Shown here piece by piece: positions 10,807-20,165 of a stretch of DNA of 64,000 nt. Position numbers and translations under genes: made by a program. Within the stretch, counting starts at the first letter, position 1. The number at the start of each line of letters is the position of its first letter. The stretch lies in assembly GCA_028288925.1 (NCBI GenBank), contig JAQGHG010000012.1, positions 77,762 to 141,761 on the forward strand, written 5' to 3'. This DNA comes from Patescibacteria group bacterium. Its GTDB lineage: Bacteria; Patescibacteriota; Saccharimonadia; UBA4664. The notes under the pieces were generated by a model, which worked only from the letters and a program-made list of their open reading frames with translations, made no database searches and was not told the DNA's origin.

Positions 10807-11150
10807 CTACGTGGCGCACCAACACCAATACTTCTAGCCGCGAATTCTTCCAAGTATCACTCGTGACGTATCTCCTGCTTACACTGGCCGAGGCGCTCAA
10901 GGAAGGATTTGTTTCGAACTTCTTTAATATGAATTATCTGCTGCTCGTGGTTTTACTCGCCGGAGTTGCCATGGTGCTCACCGAACCGGCCGAGAGCGAG
11001 ATCAAACGCACCATGGAGGTGGTGCACCAAGCCGTCCGCGCGCGTTTGGTCCGGCCAGCCGTGGATTCCGTCCGGAGAGCCGGCCGCTTCCGCACCATCG
11101 ATCTCCGCGAACAGCCCTCCCGAAAAATACCTACCAGTCGGCATCGTTAA
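10803..11150 (+). CDS. Small 2-TM hypothetical protein
   Basis: ORF with two hydrophobic segments, translationally coupled. Confidence 0.6.
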   Translation: MTTWRTNTNTSSREFFQVSLVTYLLLTLAEALKEGFVSNFFNMNYLLLVVLLAGVAMVLTEPAESEIKRTMEVVHQAVRARLVRPAVDSVRRAGRFRTIDLREQPSRKIPTSRHR

Positions 11151-11296
11151 GACCACCACTACCAGATAAGAATTGCTATTGGTGATTATCCTAATTATCA
11201 CCAATAATCCATGCCGGAAACCGTCAGATCATCCTGTTGATCAATCGGTTTATATCTATAGAGTAGGACGAGTAGTAGTAAGGAGGGGTGCATTCT

Positions 11297-11542
11297 ATGA
11301 AGCGAAAGCTCGCGTTAACGGCGGCCGCCATTGCAATAACCGGCATGGCAGCTTCCAGCGCACTGGCCGCGCCAGGCAACGACAACGGTAATAACAACAA
11401 CAGTCGTCCTGGCTGGGGTAACGGTGACGCTCAACATGTCCACACCGGACCACCGGGGGAGTCGGTAAACCCAGGACATCATCATTTCTTCTGGTGGTGG
11501 ATCTGGAATTTCTTGCGACATTTCCATTTCCCATGGTCATAA
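11297..11542 (+). CDS. Small secreted peptide with RPGWGxGDxxHxHTGPPG motif and His/Trp/Phe-rich C-terminus
   Basis: AGGAGG SD upstream; Sec signal ending ALA; followed by terminator. Confidence 0.7.
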   Translation: MKRKLALTAAAIAITGMAASSALAAPGNDNGNNNNSRPGWGNGDAQHVHTGPPGESVNPGHHHFFWWWIWNFLRHFHFPWS

Positions 11543-11571
11543 AAAAGAGCGGCTCCGGCCGCTCTTTTTTT
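11541..11571. terminator. Bidirectional intrinsic terminator
   Basis: AAAAAAGAGCGG-CTCCGG-CCGCTCTTTTTTT. Confidence 0.85.
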
Positions 11572-11645
11572 GTAACAATGCCCAAGTCGGAGATTATGGC
11601 TTTGAGGATACGATAAGAAGGTAATTAAGAGGTGAGGTAATAACT

Positions 11646-12251
11646 ATGAATGGACGTTCAGTATCAATCGCGCGCTCCATGGCCGTCATTGGCGGCACCG
11701 GAGCATTAATCGTAGCGGCTACATTTGCGGCATTTACGACCAATGCCGTATCGATAAACGGTACTACGCTGGCCGTGGAAGACAGCAGCGACTTTCTGCG
11801 TATCTACGATTTTGCCGGGGCCAACTTTGCCACCAGTACGGCCAACCCGGCCAACGCCGGCAACATCAACCTGACTCTGCATCAAGGGGTAGAGAGCGCC
11901 AAACAGCACTTCTATCTGCAGAACACTAGTACCGACACCGATATTGGCATATCGGTCAAGGCCGCCGGCGTAACCGGCACTATAGATCACACCAAGGTTA
12001 AAGTCAGGTTCTATGACGACGCCGCCAGCCCCCACCTTCTTGGGTCGGACACATTGGCCAACCTGGAGAGCACGGGAGTGGCGCTCAACACCGGCGAAGG
12101 CAAGCTTCCGTTTAACACGCAGGGCGACAGTAGTAGCCTAGGGACCGATCACAACGGTAACTATCTCGTGAGCTTCGAGCTTACCGGCTCCGGCGAAAAT
12201 GGCCACACCTTAAGCGACGTCAACCTGCTGTTCACTGGCACCAGTCTCTGA
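11646..12251 (+). CDS. TasA/CalY-like protein with SipW-class signal peptide
   Basis: Signal ends in ATFA|AFT; beta-rich mature part; adjacent to sipW; GAGGT SD. Confidence 0.75.
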   Translation: MNGRSVSIARSMAVIGGTGALIVAATFAAFTTNAVSINGTTLAVEDSSDFLRIYDFAGANFATSTANPANAGNINLTLHQGVESAKQHFYLQNTSTDTDIGISVKAAGVTGTIDHTKVKVRFYDDAASPHLLGSDTLANLESTGVALNTGEGKLPFNTQGDSSSLGTDHNGNYLVSFELTGSGENGHTLSDVNLLFTGTSL

Positions 12252-12273
12252 CTCACGAAGTAAAGGTATAGCA

Positions 12274-13116
12274 ATGAAACGACTCGCACAGGTACTCAAA
12301 TACGCCACCCTGGCCGTTTACGGCCTGTGCGGGCTCGCTTTGCTAGCCTTCATGGTCCCGGCCACCGGCTTGCAGGCCAAGTCGGTCATCACCGGCAGTA
12401 TGCGGCCGGCTATTCCGCCGGGATCCCTCGTAATTATCCGAGAGACGCCTCTGGCGCGGCTGGCTACCGGGGACGTCGTCACTTATCGCAAAGCGCCGGG
12501 GTCGGTCGTCACCATCACGCACCGGATTATTGGAAAAACAGAAAAAGCCGGCATACCGTACCTCATTACCAAAGGTGACGCCAACCCTTCGGCCGATGTT
12601 GGAGTTCCGGGTGGCGCCGTTATCGGCAAAGTTGTATCACACGTGCCGTATGTGGGCGGCCTCGCCACCAGCATGAGGGGGCCGGCGGTGCTCTTGCTCG
12701 TAGTCGTCTTGCCGGGTCTGGTGGTCATATGGAATGAATTAAACCATTTGCGCCGTACCATGAGAGCGCCGGCGTCCAAACCCATCATTCTCCTGGTTCT
12801 GGTGTTGGCGCCGATCGTAGTCGGGGCTACCCGGGCCGCGCTTACTACCAATACCGCTCAGATCACCGGCATTGCCCTGGCTGTTGCGGCCGCCCCCGCT
12901 ACTCCCGCTCCGTGCCCGGGAACGGTCATCGTTCAGAACAATGGACCTGGCTCCGCCAACACGGTCACCTGCCATTCGTCGGTCACGGTCAACGCCCACA
13001 ACACTACGGCCGTCACCGTCACCAACACCTCCACCCAAACCAGTAGTACCGGTAGTGTTTCGGCAGTCCATAACGCCAATACCACCCACAGTAATATAAT
13101 CGTAAACGGCTTCTAG
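12274..13116 (+). CDS. sipW: SipW-type (S26B) signal peptidase I with C-terminal extension
   Basis: TGSMRP (Ser), ITHRI (His), TKGDAN; flanking TM helices. Confidence 0.85.
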   Translation: MKRLAQVLKYATLAVYGLCGLALLAFMVPATGLQAKSVITGSMRPAIPPGSLVIIRETPLARLATGDVVTYRKAPGSVVTITHRIIGKTEKAGIPYLITKGDANPSADVGVPGGAVIGKVVSHVPYVGGLATSMRGPAVLLLVVVLPGLVVIWNELNHLRRTMRAPASKPIILLVLVLAPIVVGATRAALTTNTAQITGIALAVAAAPATPAPCPGTVIVQNNGPGSANTVTCHSSVTVNAHNTTAVTVTNTSTQTSSTGSVSAVHNANTTHSNIIVNGF

Positions 13117-13170
13117 AAAATTGGAACATTGTACGTAGATGGCAAATGCGAAAGGCATACCATACACAGC

Positions 13171-13605
13171 ATGCGCAGGAGGATAATCATCGGAATAACG
13201 GCTCTCAGCCTGGCAGTACTGGGCGGATTTGTCGTGTCAGTTCATTCACAACCTATCGCGAAGGCTGCTTCCACTGCCGACCAATCCAACCTCAGGCTGT
13301 CGCTCGATGTTTGGAACGGCCGGATAGTACACCAGGAAGTCAAGGCCACCGGCAACGCCAAAGTGGCCATAAGTACGCCGCCGCCGTGGCCCGCCCCAAG
13401 TGTCCCGCCGCCGGTTCCGCGCGGTACGACAGCTACAGGCTACACCGGCGTAAATGTCTCCAGCGCGCGGGTGAGTATCTCGGATTCTTCCACTCAGATT
13501 ACGAGTACGGGTGACGTCAATATCCACCACTCTAGCAGTAGCTCGTCTTCTAATGGTTCCAGCACCAACCGTAGCTCGGTACATATAACCATTAATAACC
13601 ACTAG
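13171..13605 (+). CDS. Secreted Ser/Pro-rich hypothetical protein
   Basis: MRRRIIIG signal peptide, AKA cleavage site, low-complexity tail. Confidence 0.6.
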   Translation: MRRRIIIGITALSLAVLGGFVVSVHSQPIAKAASTADQSNLRLSLDVWNGRIVHQEVKATGNAKVAISTPPPWPAPSVPPPVPRGTTATGYTGVNVSSARVSISDSSTQITSTGDVNIHHSSSSSSSNGSSTNRSSVHITINNH

Positions 13606-13679
13606 TCCCAACATCTGGACCCGCTAGCCATACGGTCGTGTCTAGGAGTATTGTAATAGTTGGATTAATTGGGATACCT

Positions 13680-15098
13680 ATGCTCGCAGCTTCATTTAAA
13701 CGCACTAAAATCGTGGCCACTATCGGCCCATCATCAAACTCGCCGCAGGTGCTCGAGGAGTTGCTGCTGGCCGGGGTAAATATGTTCCGGCTCAACTTCT
13801 CGCACGGCACCCATGAGGAGCACGGCCAAGTGGCCAAATATGCCCGGCATCTCTCCGACAAACACGGCAAGCCGGTGGCCGTTCTGGCCGACATTCAGGG
13901 GCCCAAGATTCGCGTAGGCACTCTGCCTATTGACGGGCTGCCGTTTGTCCGCGGCAACGTCGTGCGCTTCCAGTTTGGCGCCGACTACGAAGCCAGCGGT
14001 GTTATCCCCGTCCAGCACGACATCTCCAAATACCTCAAGAACGGCGAGCGCGTCTTCCTTCGCGACGGCCAGGTACAGATCGAGGTAGAGAAGATTCAAA
14101 AACAGCTCATCACCGGCAAAGTGCTCACGCCGGGCATCGTCTTCTCGAACCAAGGCATGAACCTGCCCGACACCGACCTAGGCGGCGATATCCTCACGCC
14201 CAAGGACATCGCCGATATTGAATTCGCCGCCAGCCAGGGTGTGGATTACATTGGGTATTCCTTCGTACAAACCGCCGATGACATTCATAAGCTGCGCGAG
14301 CGGCTCGTCAAGCTCAAATGTGACGCCAAAATCATCGCCAAGATCGAGACCGCCGCGGCCGTCGAAAACCTCGAAGAGATCGTGGCCGCCACCGACGTCA
14401 TCATGGTAGCGCGCGGCGATCTGGCCATCGAGACCAAGCCCGAAGCCGTCCCCGCCGCCCAGCGCCGCATGATCGAGCTCGGCAAACAATACCGCAAGCC
14501 CGTCATCGTCGCTACCCAAATGCTCGAAAGCATGATCCAGTCGCAGCAGCCCACCCGCGCCGAGGTGTCCGATGTGGCCACCGCCGTCCTCGAAGGCACC
14601 GACGCCGTCATGCTCTCCGGCGAGACCGCCATGGGCCTCTTCCCGGTCGAGGCCGTCAAGATGATGAAACGCGTCATTCTCTACACCGAGCGCGAAGAAA
14701 TCGCCGGCCGCAACAACCTGCCCGAATGGCGCGACTTCGGCCACGAACGCCAAAACGCCATCTCCGCCGCCGCCGTGGTGCTAGCCAACCAACTGCCGGC
14801 CAAGGTCATCATCGCCGAGACCAGCTCCGGCCAGACCGCCCGCAATATCTCCGCGCTGCGCCCCAACATGCCCATCATCATGGTGACCGACCACAAGCGC
14901 GTCTACTACCAAATGGCCATCGTCTGGGGCGGCAAATCCTACTTTGCCAAAGACATGAAGGGCGCCACCGACCACGTCATCCGCCAGCTCAAAGCCGCCG
15001 AAAATATCACCAAAGGCGACGCCGCCGTGGTCGCCTCGGGCAACCAGCCCGGCTTGGTCGGCGGCACCGATAAAGTCGTCATCAAGATCACCGAGTAA
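13680..15098 (+). CDS. pyk: Pyruvate kinase
   Basis: RTKIVATIGP, RLNFSHG, DIQGPKIR, MVARGDL, ATQMLESM, MLSGETA. Confidence 0.97.
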   Translation: MLAASFKRTKIVATIGPSSNSPQVLEELLLAGVNMFRLNFSHGTHEEHGQVAKYARHLSDKHGKPVAVLADIQGPKIRVGTLPIDGLPFVRGNVVRFQFGADYEASGVIPVQHDISKYLKNGERVFLRDGQVQIEVEKIQKQLITGKVLTPGIVFSNQGMNLPDTDLGGDILTPKDIADIEFAASQGVDYIGYSFVQTADDIHKLRERLVKLKCDAKIIAKIETAAAVENLEEIVAATDVIMVARGDLAIETKPEAVPAAQRRMIELGKQYRKPVIVATQMLESMIQSQQPTRAEVSDVATAVLEGTDAVMLSGETAMGLFPVEAVKMMKRVILYTEREEIAGRNNLPEWRDFGHERQNAISAAAVVLANQLPAKVIIAETSSGQTARNISALRPNMPIIMVTDHKRVYYQMAIVWGGKSYFAKDMKGATDHVIRQLKAAENITKGDAAVVASGNQPGLVGGTDKVVIKITE

Positions 15099-15106
15099 CG
15101 CGCGCG

Positions 15107-15370
15107 ATGGGGCATCTCGCCGACTCCGAACTCCAAAGCCGCCTAGCTCAGGCGGCCAGTCAGGTCTCGATAGGCGCCGAATATGTGCACTACAAAGGCA
15201 ATATCTACCTAGTGACCGGCTTGGCCATCCTCGAAGCCACCGATGAAGTTGGCATCATTTACGATGCTCGATATGGCGAAGGTCTCACATTTGTGCGGGC
15301 GCTCGAGTCGTGGCTCGAAACGGTTGAATATAAGGGGGAAAATGTGCCCCGCTTTGCGCGCCGTCGCTAA
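15107..15370 (+). CDS. DUF1653 family protein
   Basis: YVHYKGNIY...FVR....W...PRF pattern. Confidence 0.8.
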   Translation: MGHLADSELQSRLAQAASQVSIGAEYVHYKGNIYLVTGLAILEATDEVGIIYDARYGEGLTFVRALESWLETVEYKGENVPRFARRR

Positions 15371-15436
15371 GATGGCTAGCTATACATGAGCGCGTCCAAA
15401 TCCGCTACACTACCAATGACAGTAACCGGGGTCCTT

Positions 15437-16633
15437 ATGAAGAAGAAAACCATCCGCGATATCGACATCAAAGGTAAGACCATCCTGGCTCGCCTCGACT
15501 GGAACGTACCCATCAAGGACGGCCAGGTCACCGACGCCTACCGCATCGAGTCCACCCGGCCCACCATCGACTACTTGCTTGAGCAAGGCTGCAAAGTCAT
15601 CATCACGAGCCACCTCGGCCGCCCCGACGGTAAGCCTGATCCCAAGTTTAGTCTCGCGCCGGCCGCCAAAAAAGCCGCCGAAGTCCTCGGCCGCGAGGTT
15701 AAATTCATAGCCGATTGCGTAGGTACCGAAGTCCAGGCCGCCGTCGCCGCGCTCGAGCCCGGCCAGTTGCTCTGCCTCGAAAACGTCAGATTCCACCCCG
15801 AAGAAGAGGCCAACGACCCGGCTTTCGCCAAGCAGCTGGCGGACCTCGCCGAAGTCTTCGTCTACGACGCCTTCGCTTCATATCGCCCGCACGCTTCCAC
15901 CGAAGGCGTCGCGCACTACCTGCCCGCCGTGGCCGGTCTGCTGGTCGAAAAAGAAGTCGATTACATCACCGGCGCCGTCGAGCACCCCAACCGCCCACTC
16001 GTAGCCGTCATCGGCGGGGCCAAAGTCTCGACCAAGCTCGAGATCCTCACCAACCTCGTATCCAAGGTCGACGCCATGCTCCTTACCGGGCCCATCGCCA
16101 GCACCTTTGCTTACACCGAAGGCCGCGCCATCGGCAAAAGTGTCGCCGAGCGCGATCAGACCGAGGCCGTCAAAAAACTCCTCGAAATCGCCAAAACCGA
16201 AAACACCCAAGTCCTCCTACCCGAAGAGGTCGTCGTATCTAAGAGCTTGGAGAAGCCTCAAGACATTCACACCGTCAGCCTCGGCAGCGTCAAAGACGAC
16301 GAATACATCGTCGATGCCACCCCCGCCTACGGCGAGGTCCTCAAGCGCACCATCTACGACTTCCTCGACTTCGACGGCAAGGCCACCATCATCTGGAACG
16401 GCCCCCTCGGCCTCACCGAAGTGCCCGAATTCCGCGCCGGCTCCCGCGCCATGGCCCAGGCCATCATCGACAGCAAAGGCATCTCCATTATCGGCGGCGG
16501 CGACACCGCCAGCTTCCTCGACCAAGAAGGCCTACACGACAAATTTACTTGGGTGTCCACCGGCGGCGGCGCCAGTCTAGAGCTCATGAGCGGCAAGGGC
16601 TTGCCCTGCGTCGACGCATTGCTCGACAAATAG
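15437..16633 (+). CDS. pgk: Phosphoglycerate kinase
   Basis: RLDWNVP, SHLGRP, LENVRF, GGAKVS, WNGPLG, STGGGASLE. Confidence 0.97.
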   Translation: MKKKTIRDIDIKGKTILARLDWNVPIKDGQVTDAYRIESTRPTIDYLLEQGCKVIITSHLGRPDGKPDPKFSLAPAAKKAAEVLGREVKFIADCVGTEVQAAVAALEPGQLLCLENVRFHPEEEANDPAFAKQLADLAEVFVYDAFASYRPHASTEGVAHYLPAVAGLLVEKEVDYITGAVEHPNRPLVAVIGGAKVSTKLEILTNLVSKVDAMLLTGPIASTFAYTEGRAIGKSVAERDQTEAVKKLLEIAKTENTQVLLPEEVVVSKSLEKPQDIHTVSLGSVKDDEYIVDATPAYGEVLKRTIYDFLDFDGKATIIWNGPLGLTEVPEFRAGSRAMAQAIIDSKGISIIGGGDTASFLDQEGLHDKFTWVSTGGGASLELMSGKGLPCVDALLDK

Positions 16634-16685
16634 CTCACGGGTCCTGTCACCCGTAAGCCTAGTTGCTCAGAGTGCAATAAAGGTA

Positions 16686-16791
16686 GGCGGAGGGAATATG
16701 CGCTTTGTGCCAGCCAGCGCCGGTCCAGATATTGGCTCCACCGAAGAGAAGGACAGCGTTCGCTGGCCAACAAAGCGCATATTCCCGCAGC
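16686..16791 (+). repeat. Hairpin element copy A (pgk-tpiA intergenic)
   Basis: Perfect 17-bp stem 16692-16708/16770-16786 around 53-nt core shared with copies at 22.6 kb and 51.8 kb. Confidence 0.85.
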
Positions 16792-16883
16792 AAAAAAATA
16801 AAAGCTTCTCCCAAGCAAAAACCTGATAGAAACGTGACACAATGCTCGCAAAGCATTACCATTATTAATGAAATGAGGGTAAT

Positions 16884-17648
16884 ATGCGGCTAATCGTCGG
16901 AAACTGGAAGATGAACTTAAACCCGGGCGAGGCCAGCTTGCTCGTGAAGCGCCTAGAGGACAAAATAAAGCCCGATCCTAAAACTGAGATCGTCATTTGC
17001 CCGCCGTTCATCGATCTGTATCCTATCGCCAAAGACCTCGACCGCGGTAAGCTCAAGCTGGGCTCGCAAAACATCCACTACCTCGACGAAGGACCCTTCA
17101 CCGGTGAAATCTCCCCGGCCATGCTCAAGGGCCTGGCCGATTACGCCATCATCGGCCACTCCGAGCGCCGGGCCATGGGCGAAGACGACAAGCTGATCGC
17201 CAAAAAAATGGCGGCCGCCATCCGCAATGACATCACGCCCGTCCTCTGCGTCGGCGAGACCCTGGCCGAGCGCCAGCACGGTCTGGCCAAAAAGGTGATA
17301 GTCGACCAGCTCACCGCCGACCTCACCCAGCTCACCGCCACCGACGTTGCCAAAATCGTCGTAGCCTACGAGCCCGTCTGGTCCATCAACCACGGCGACG
17401 GCAACATCGTGCACGCCAAGCCCGAAGACATCACCTTTGCCTACACCACCATCCGCACTCTCCTGGAGGAACTCTACGGCGAAGAGGGCGTGAGCGGCTT
17501 ACGGCTGCTCTATGGCGGCAGCGCCGATCCCGGCCATTGCCGAGCCTACTTAGAAATGCCTTATGTCGACGGGCTACTCGTCGGCGGCGCCAGCCTAAAT
17601 TACGAAGATTTCGCCAAGATAGTCAAAGTTGCTCAAGGTTTAAAGTAG
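16884..17648 (+). CDS. tpiA: Triosephosphate isomerase
   Basis: GNWKMN, IIGHSERR, AYEPVW, LYGGS, GLLVGGASL. Confidence 0.97.
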   Translation: MRLIVGNWKMNLNPGEASLLVKRLEDKIKPDPKTEIVICPPFIDLYPIAKDLDRGKLKLGSQNIHYLDEGPFTGEISPAMLKGLADYAIIGHSERRAMGEDDKLIAKKMAAAIRNDITPVLCVGETLAERQHGLAKKVIVDQLTADLTQLTATDVAKIVVAYEPVWSINHGDGNIVHAKPEDITFAYTTIRTLLEELYGEEGVSGLRLLYGGSADPGHCRAYLEMPYVDGLLVGGASLNYEDFAKIVKVAQGLK

Positions 17649-17703
17649 CTATTCGTTCTATAGCTATCGCATGATGCGCCAATATCGTCTAGAATGGTCA
17701 ACT

Positions 17704-18132
17704 ATGAACGTGCAACTCACATCCGACGAATACCGCAAACTGATCGAACTCGCCTACTTGGGCGAGTGGATGATCAACGCCCACCACGATCCAGACTTTC
17801 AGGACGAGGCCGCCGGCAAGGTATTACAACATTTGCTCAGCGCTCACCCCGTCGAAGGCGCCACCCGCGACGATGAGACCGGCGAGTATCTAATGGACAC
17901 CGAGTGGACCGAACGCTTGTACGACGATTATGTTGTCGATTACGACGACCACGTCTTTTGGGATGAACTCATCGAGCGCCTGGCCCAGCGGGATCTCGCC
18001 AAAGACCGGGGAGTCGCGCTCGATGATATCGACCGGGACGATGATCTCTTTGAGCTACGGCCGCTCGAAGACCGCTACCGGGATGAGCTCGAAGAGCACG
18101 GACTCGACCGTCTTGACGTCCGCGAATATTAG
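17704..18132 (+). CDS. Acidic hypothetical protein
   Basis: ORF with host-like codon usage; no recognised motif. Confidence 0.65.
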   Translation: MNVQLTSDEYRKLIELAYLGEWMINAHHDPDFQDEAAGKVLQHLLSAHPVEGATRDDETGEYLMDTEWTERLYDDYVVDYDDHVFWDELIERLAQRDLAKDRGVALDDIDRDDDLFELRPLEDRYRDELEEHGLDRLDVREY

Positions 18133-18181
18133 TTTAGGCGTCACCCGTTCCCCAGCATAAGAACTATGCTATGCTAGAACA

Positions 18182-20113
18182 ATGAAGTGCCCCAATTGTG
18201 GCAAGGACGGAATGGTACAGTCGCGCGCCGGCTGGTTGTGCCTGTCGTGCGGCCATCTCAAGCGTAACGAACCCACGAGCATTAACGCCCAGATAACCAC
18301 TGGCAAAGATGCGCACGCCCAAATGAGCGCTACTATCACCGGACACGATATTCACAAAGCCAAGGACGAGCCCGAAGAACCCAAACCTGAGCCCGAGGCG
18401 CCCCAGCCCGAAGCGGTCACGCCGCCTCCGCCCTCGGCCGCTCCGCCGTGGGTCGCCCCCACTGACGCTCCCGATTCCGATGCGCCCAAGGCTGACGAGG
18501 TCGCCGAGCCGGACCAGCCCGAAGAACCAGGTGTCGCGCCCGAGGTGCCCAAGGCCGAAGAACCGGAAGTCGCGCCCGAGGACGTCAAACCCGAAGCCGA
18601 GCCTGAGCCCGTTGAGGAGCCCGAAGCTAAGCCCGAATTCGCCGAACCGGCCGAATCTCCCGAAGAAGAGCCGGCCGAAGAAGAACCAGAATCAGTTCCC
18701 GAACCGCCCGTCGAACCCGAACCACCGGCACTCCCGGCCGCGCCTACCGAGCCGGAACCCGACGCGGTCGCCGAGCCGAAGCCGGACCCAGATGTTGAGC
18801 CGCCCAAGGATGAAGATGACCCCGCGCCCGTCAAAGACGAATCCAAGCCCACGCCGGAGAAACTTGTAGCGGAGACTGCTCCCGGTGTGCCGGCCCCAGC
18901 TACGCTCCCGCTCAACGGCAAGCCGCCGCTCAAGCCCGTCACCCATCCCCGGCCCGTAAAACCCGCTGCCGTTGCCAAGGTCATCGTGGGGCTAGTTGCC
19001 GTGGCAGTTATCGCCGGCGCCGGTTTCTTGTACCTCTACCAGCCCAAGGTGGCGCTGGCTGCCTACCTCAAGCGTCTTTCGGCCGCCAAGACCGGCGCCT
19101 TTGTGTCCACCTCCACGGGCCAGGCCGGTGGGTACCGCTTCGCATTGCAGGTGAGTGCCAAGGCTAGCCTGGCCGATCCGGCCAAACCCAAGGTCGCCCT
19201 CACCGCCAACGGCGCCCTCAACCCGCTCATCGGCGCCGCGGAGGCCGGAACGCTCTCGGCCAGTCTCACCGTGGTGGACGGCCAGGCGTACATTAAGGCC
19301 AAAAACACGCCCGATAAACTCTTCTCCGGCGTCACCTCCTCCGACCAGTGGCAGAAATATGACCCGGCCTCTTCCGGTCTGAGTCAGTGCCTAGGTTCCG
19401 GCAAAGGCCTGAGCTCGCTCATCGCTAACGCCGGCAACGCCCAGCTACCCGTGACGGCCGCCTCCTTTGCCGGCCTCGACACCGTAAACGGCACCCAGAC
19501 TCTGCATTACCGGGGAAGATTCGACCGCGCCAAACTCCAGACCTACCTGAATGCCGTCACCAAGGACCTGGCGCCGAGTTGCAAGATCGACGCCAGCCAC
19601 CTCACCGCCGCGTACGAAGTCTGGCAGGGTCTACATTCCGACCGTCTCAAGCTCACCCTCTCCGATACCGGCACGAACACCACCACCGAAGTTACGCTCG
19701 ACAGTAATTCCTACAATCAACCCGTCAACATCCAGGCCCCCTCAGTGTCCCAACCAGCTAGCGCCAGCCCGTCGCCCACGGCCGGCGCCACGCCCAAGCC
19801 CGCCTCCGCCGCAGCGCATGATACTCAGCGCAAAGCTGACCTTGCCGCCTACATAGCGGCCTATAAGGCAATCGCGGTCAATGGCTTCTATCCCATCTCG
19901 CCGCCCACCGTCAGCGTAAAAGCCAACGACCCCAGCACTGCCAAGCCCTATGTCGTAAGCCGGGTCAAACCCACTGCCCTCGGTCAAATCGAATATCGCC
20001 CCGGCGGCGCGTGCATCGGCGCCGGCATTACACCCGGTGCGACCGGTAGCCGCTACCTGGCCGTCTTTACCACCCTCGAGAACGGCCAGACCGCCTGCGC
20101 CGACAACCGCTAA
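18182..20113 (+). CDS. Bitopic protein: Zn-ribbon, Pro/Glu-rich linker, TM, extracellular domain, pilin-like C-terminal module
   Basis: CPNC..CLSC; EPE repeats; TM VIVGLVAVAVIAGAGFLYLY; C-terminal DTQRKADL...Y...YP. Confidence 0.7.
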   Translation: MKCPNCGKDGMVQSRAGWLCLSCGHLKRNEPTSINAQITTGKDAHAQMSATITGHDIHKAKDEPEEPKPEPEAPQPEAVTPPPPSAAPPWVAPTDAPDSDAPKADEVAEPDQPEEPGVAPEVPKAEEPEVAPEDVKPEAEPEPVEEPEAKPEFAEPAESPEEEPAEEEPESVPEPPVEPEPPALPAAPTEPEPDAVAEPKPDPDVEPPKDEDDPAPVKDESKPTPEKLVAETAPGVPAPATLPLNGKPPLKPVTHPRPVKPAAVAKVIVGLVAVAVIAGAGFLYLYQPKVALAAYLKRLSAAKTGAFVSTSTGQAGGYRFALQVSAKASLADPAKPKVALTANGALNPLIGAAEAGTLSASLTVVDGQAYIKAKNTPDKLFSGVTSSDQWQKYDPASSGLSQCLGSGKGLSSLIANAGNAQLPVTAASFAGLDTVNGTQTLHYRGRFDRAKLQTYLNAVTKDLAPSCKIDASHLTAAYEVWQGLHSDRLKLTLSDTGTNTTTEVTLDSNSYNQPVNIQAPSVSQPASASPSPTAGATPKPASAAAHDTQRKADLAAYIAAYKAIAVNGFYPISPPTVSVKANDPSTAKPYVVSRVKPTALGQIEYRPGGACIGAGITPGATGSRYLAVFTTLENGQTACADNR

Positions 20114-20165
20114 CACCGCAAAAGTCAACCTAGTTCGGTCGCGTTCGGTGCGTTAAAATCAGATA

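Noticed and set aside
16686-16791. SRP (4.5S) or 6S RNA
   Set aside because: Lacks the SRP domain IV motif, is too short for 6S, and has two homologous copies including one inside a CDS.
18360-18860. Tandem DNA repeat in Pro/Glu-rich region
   Set aside because: Low-complexity coding sequence without an exact repeat unit.
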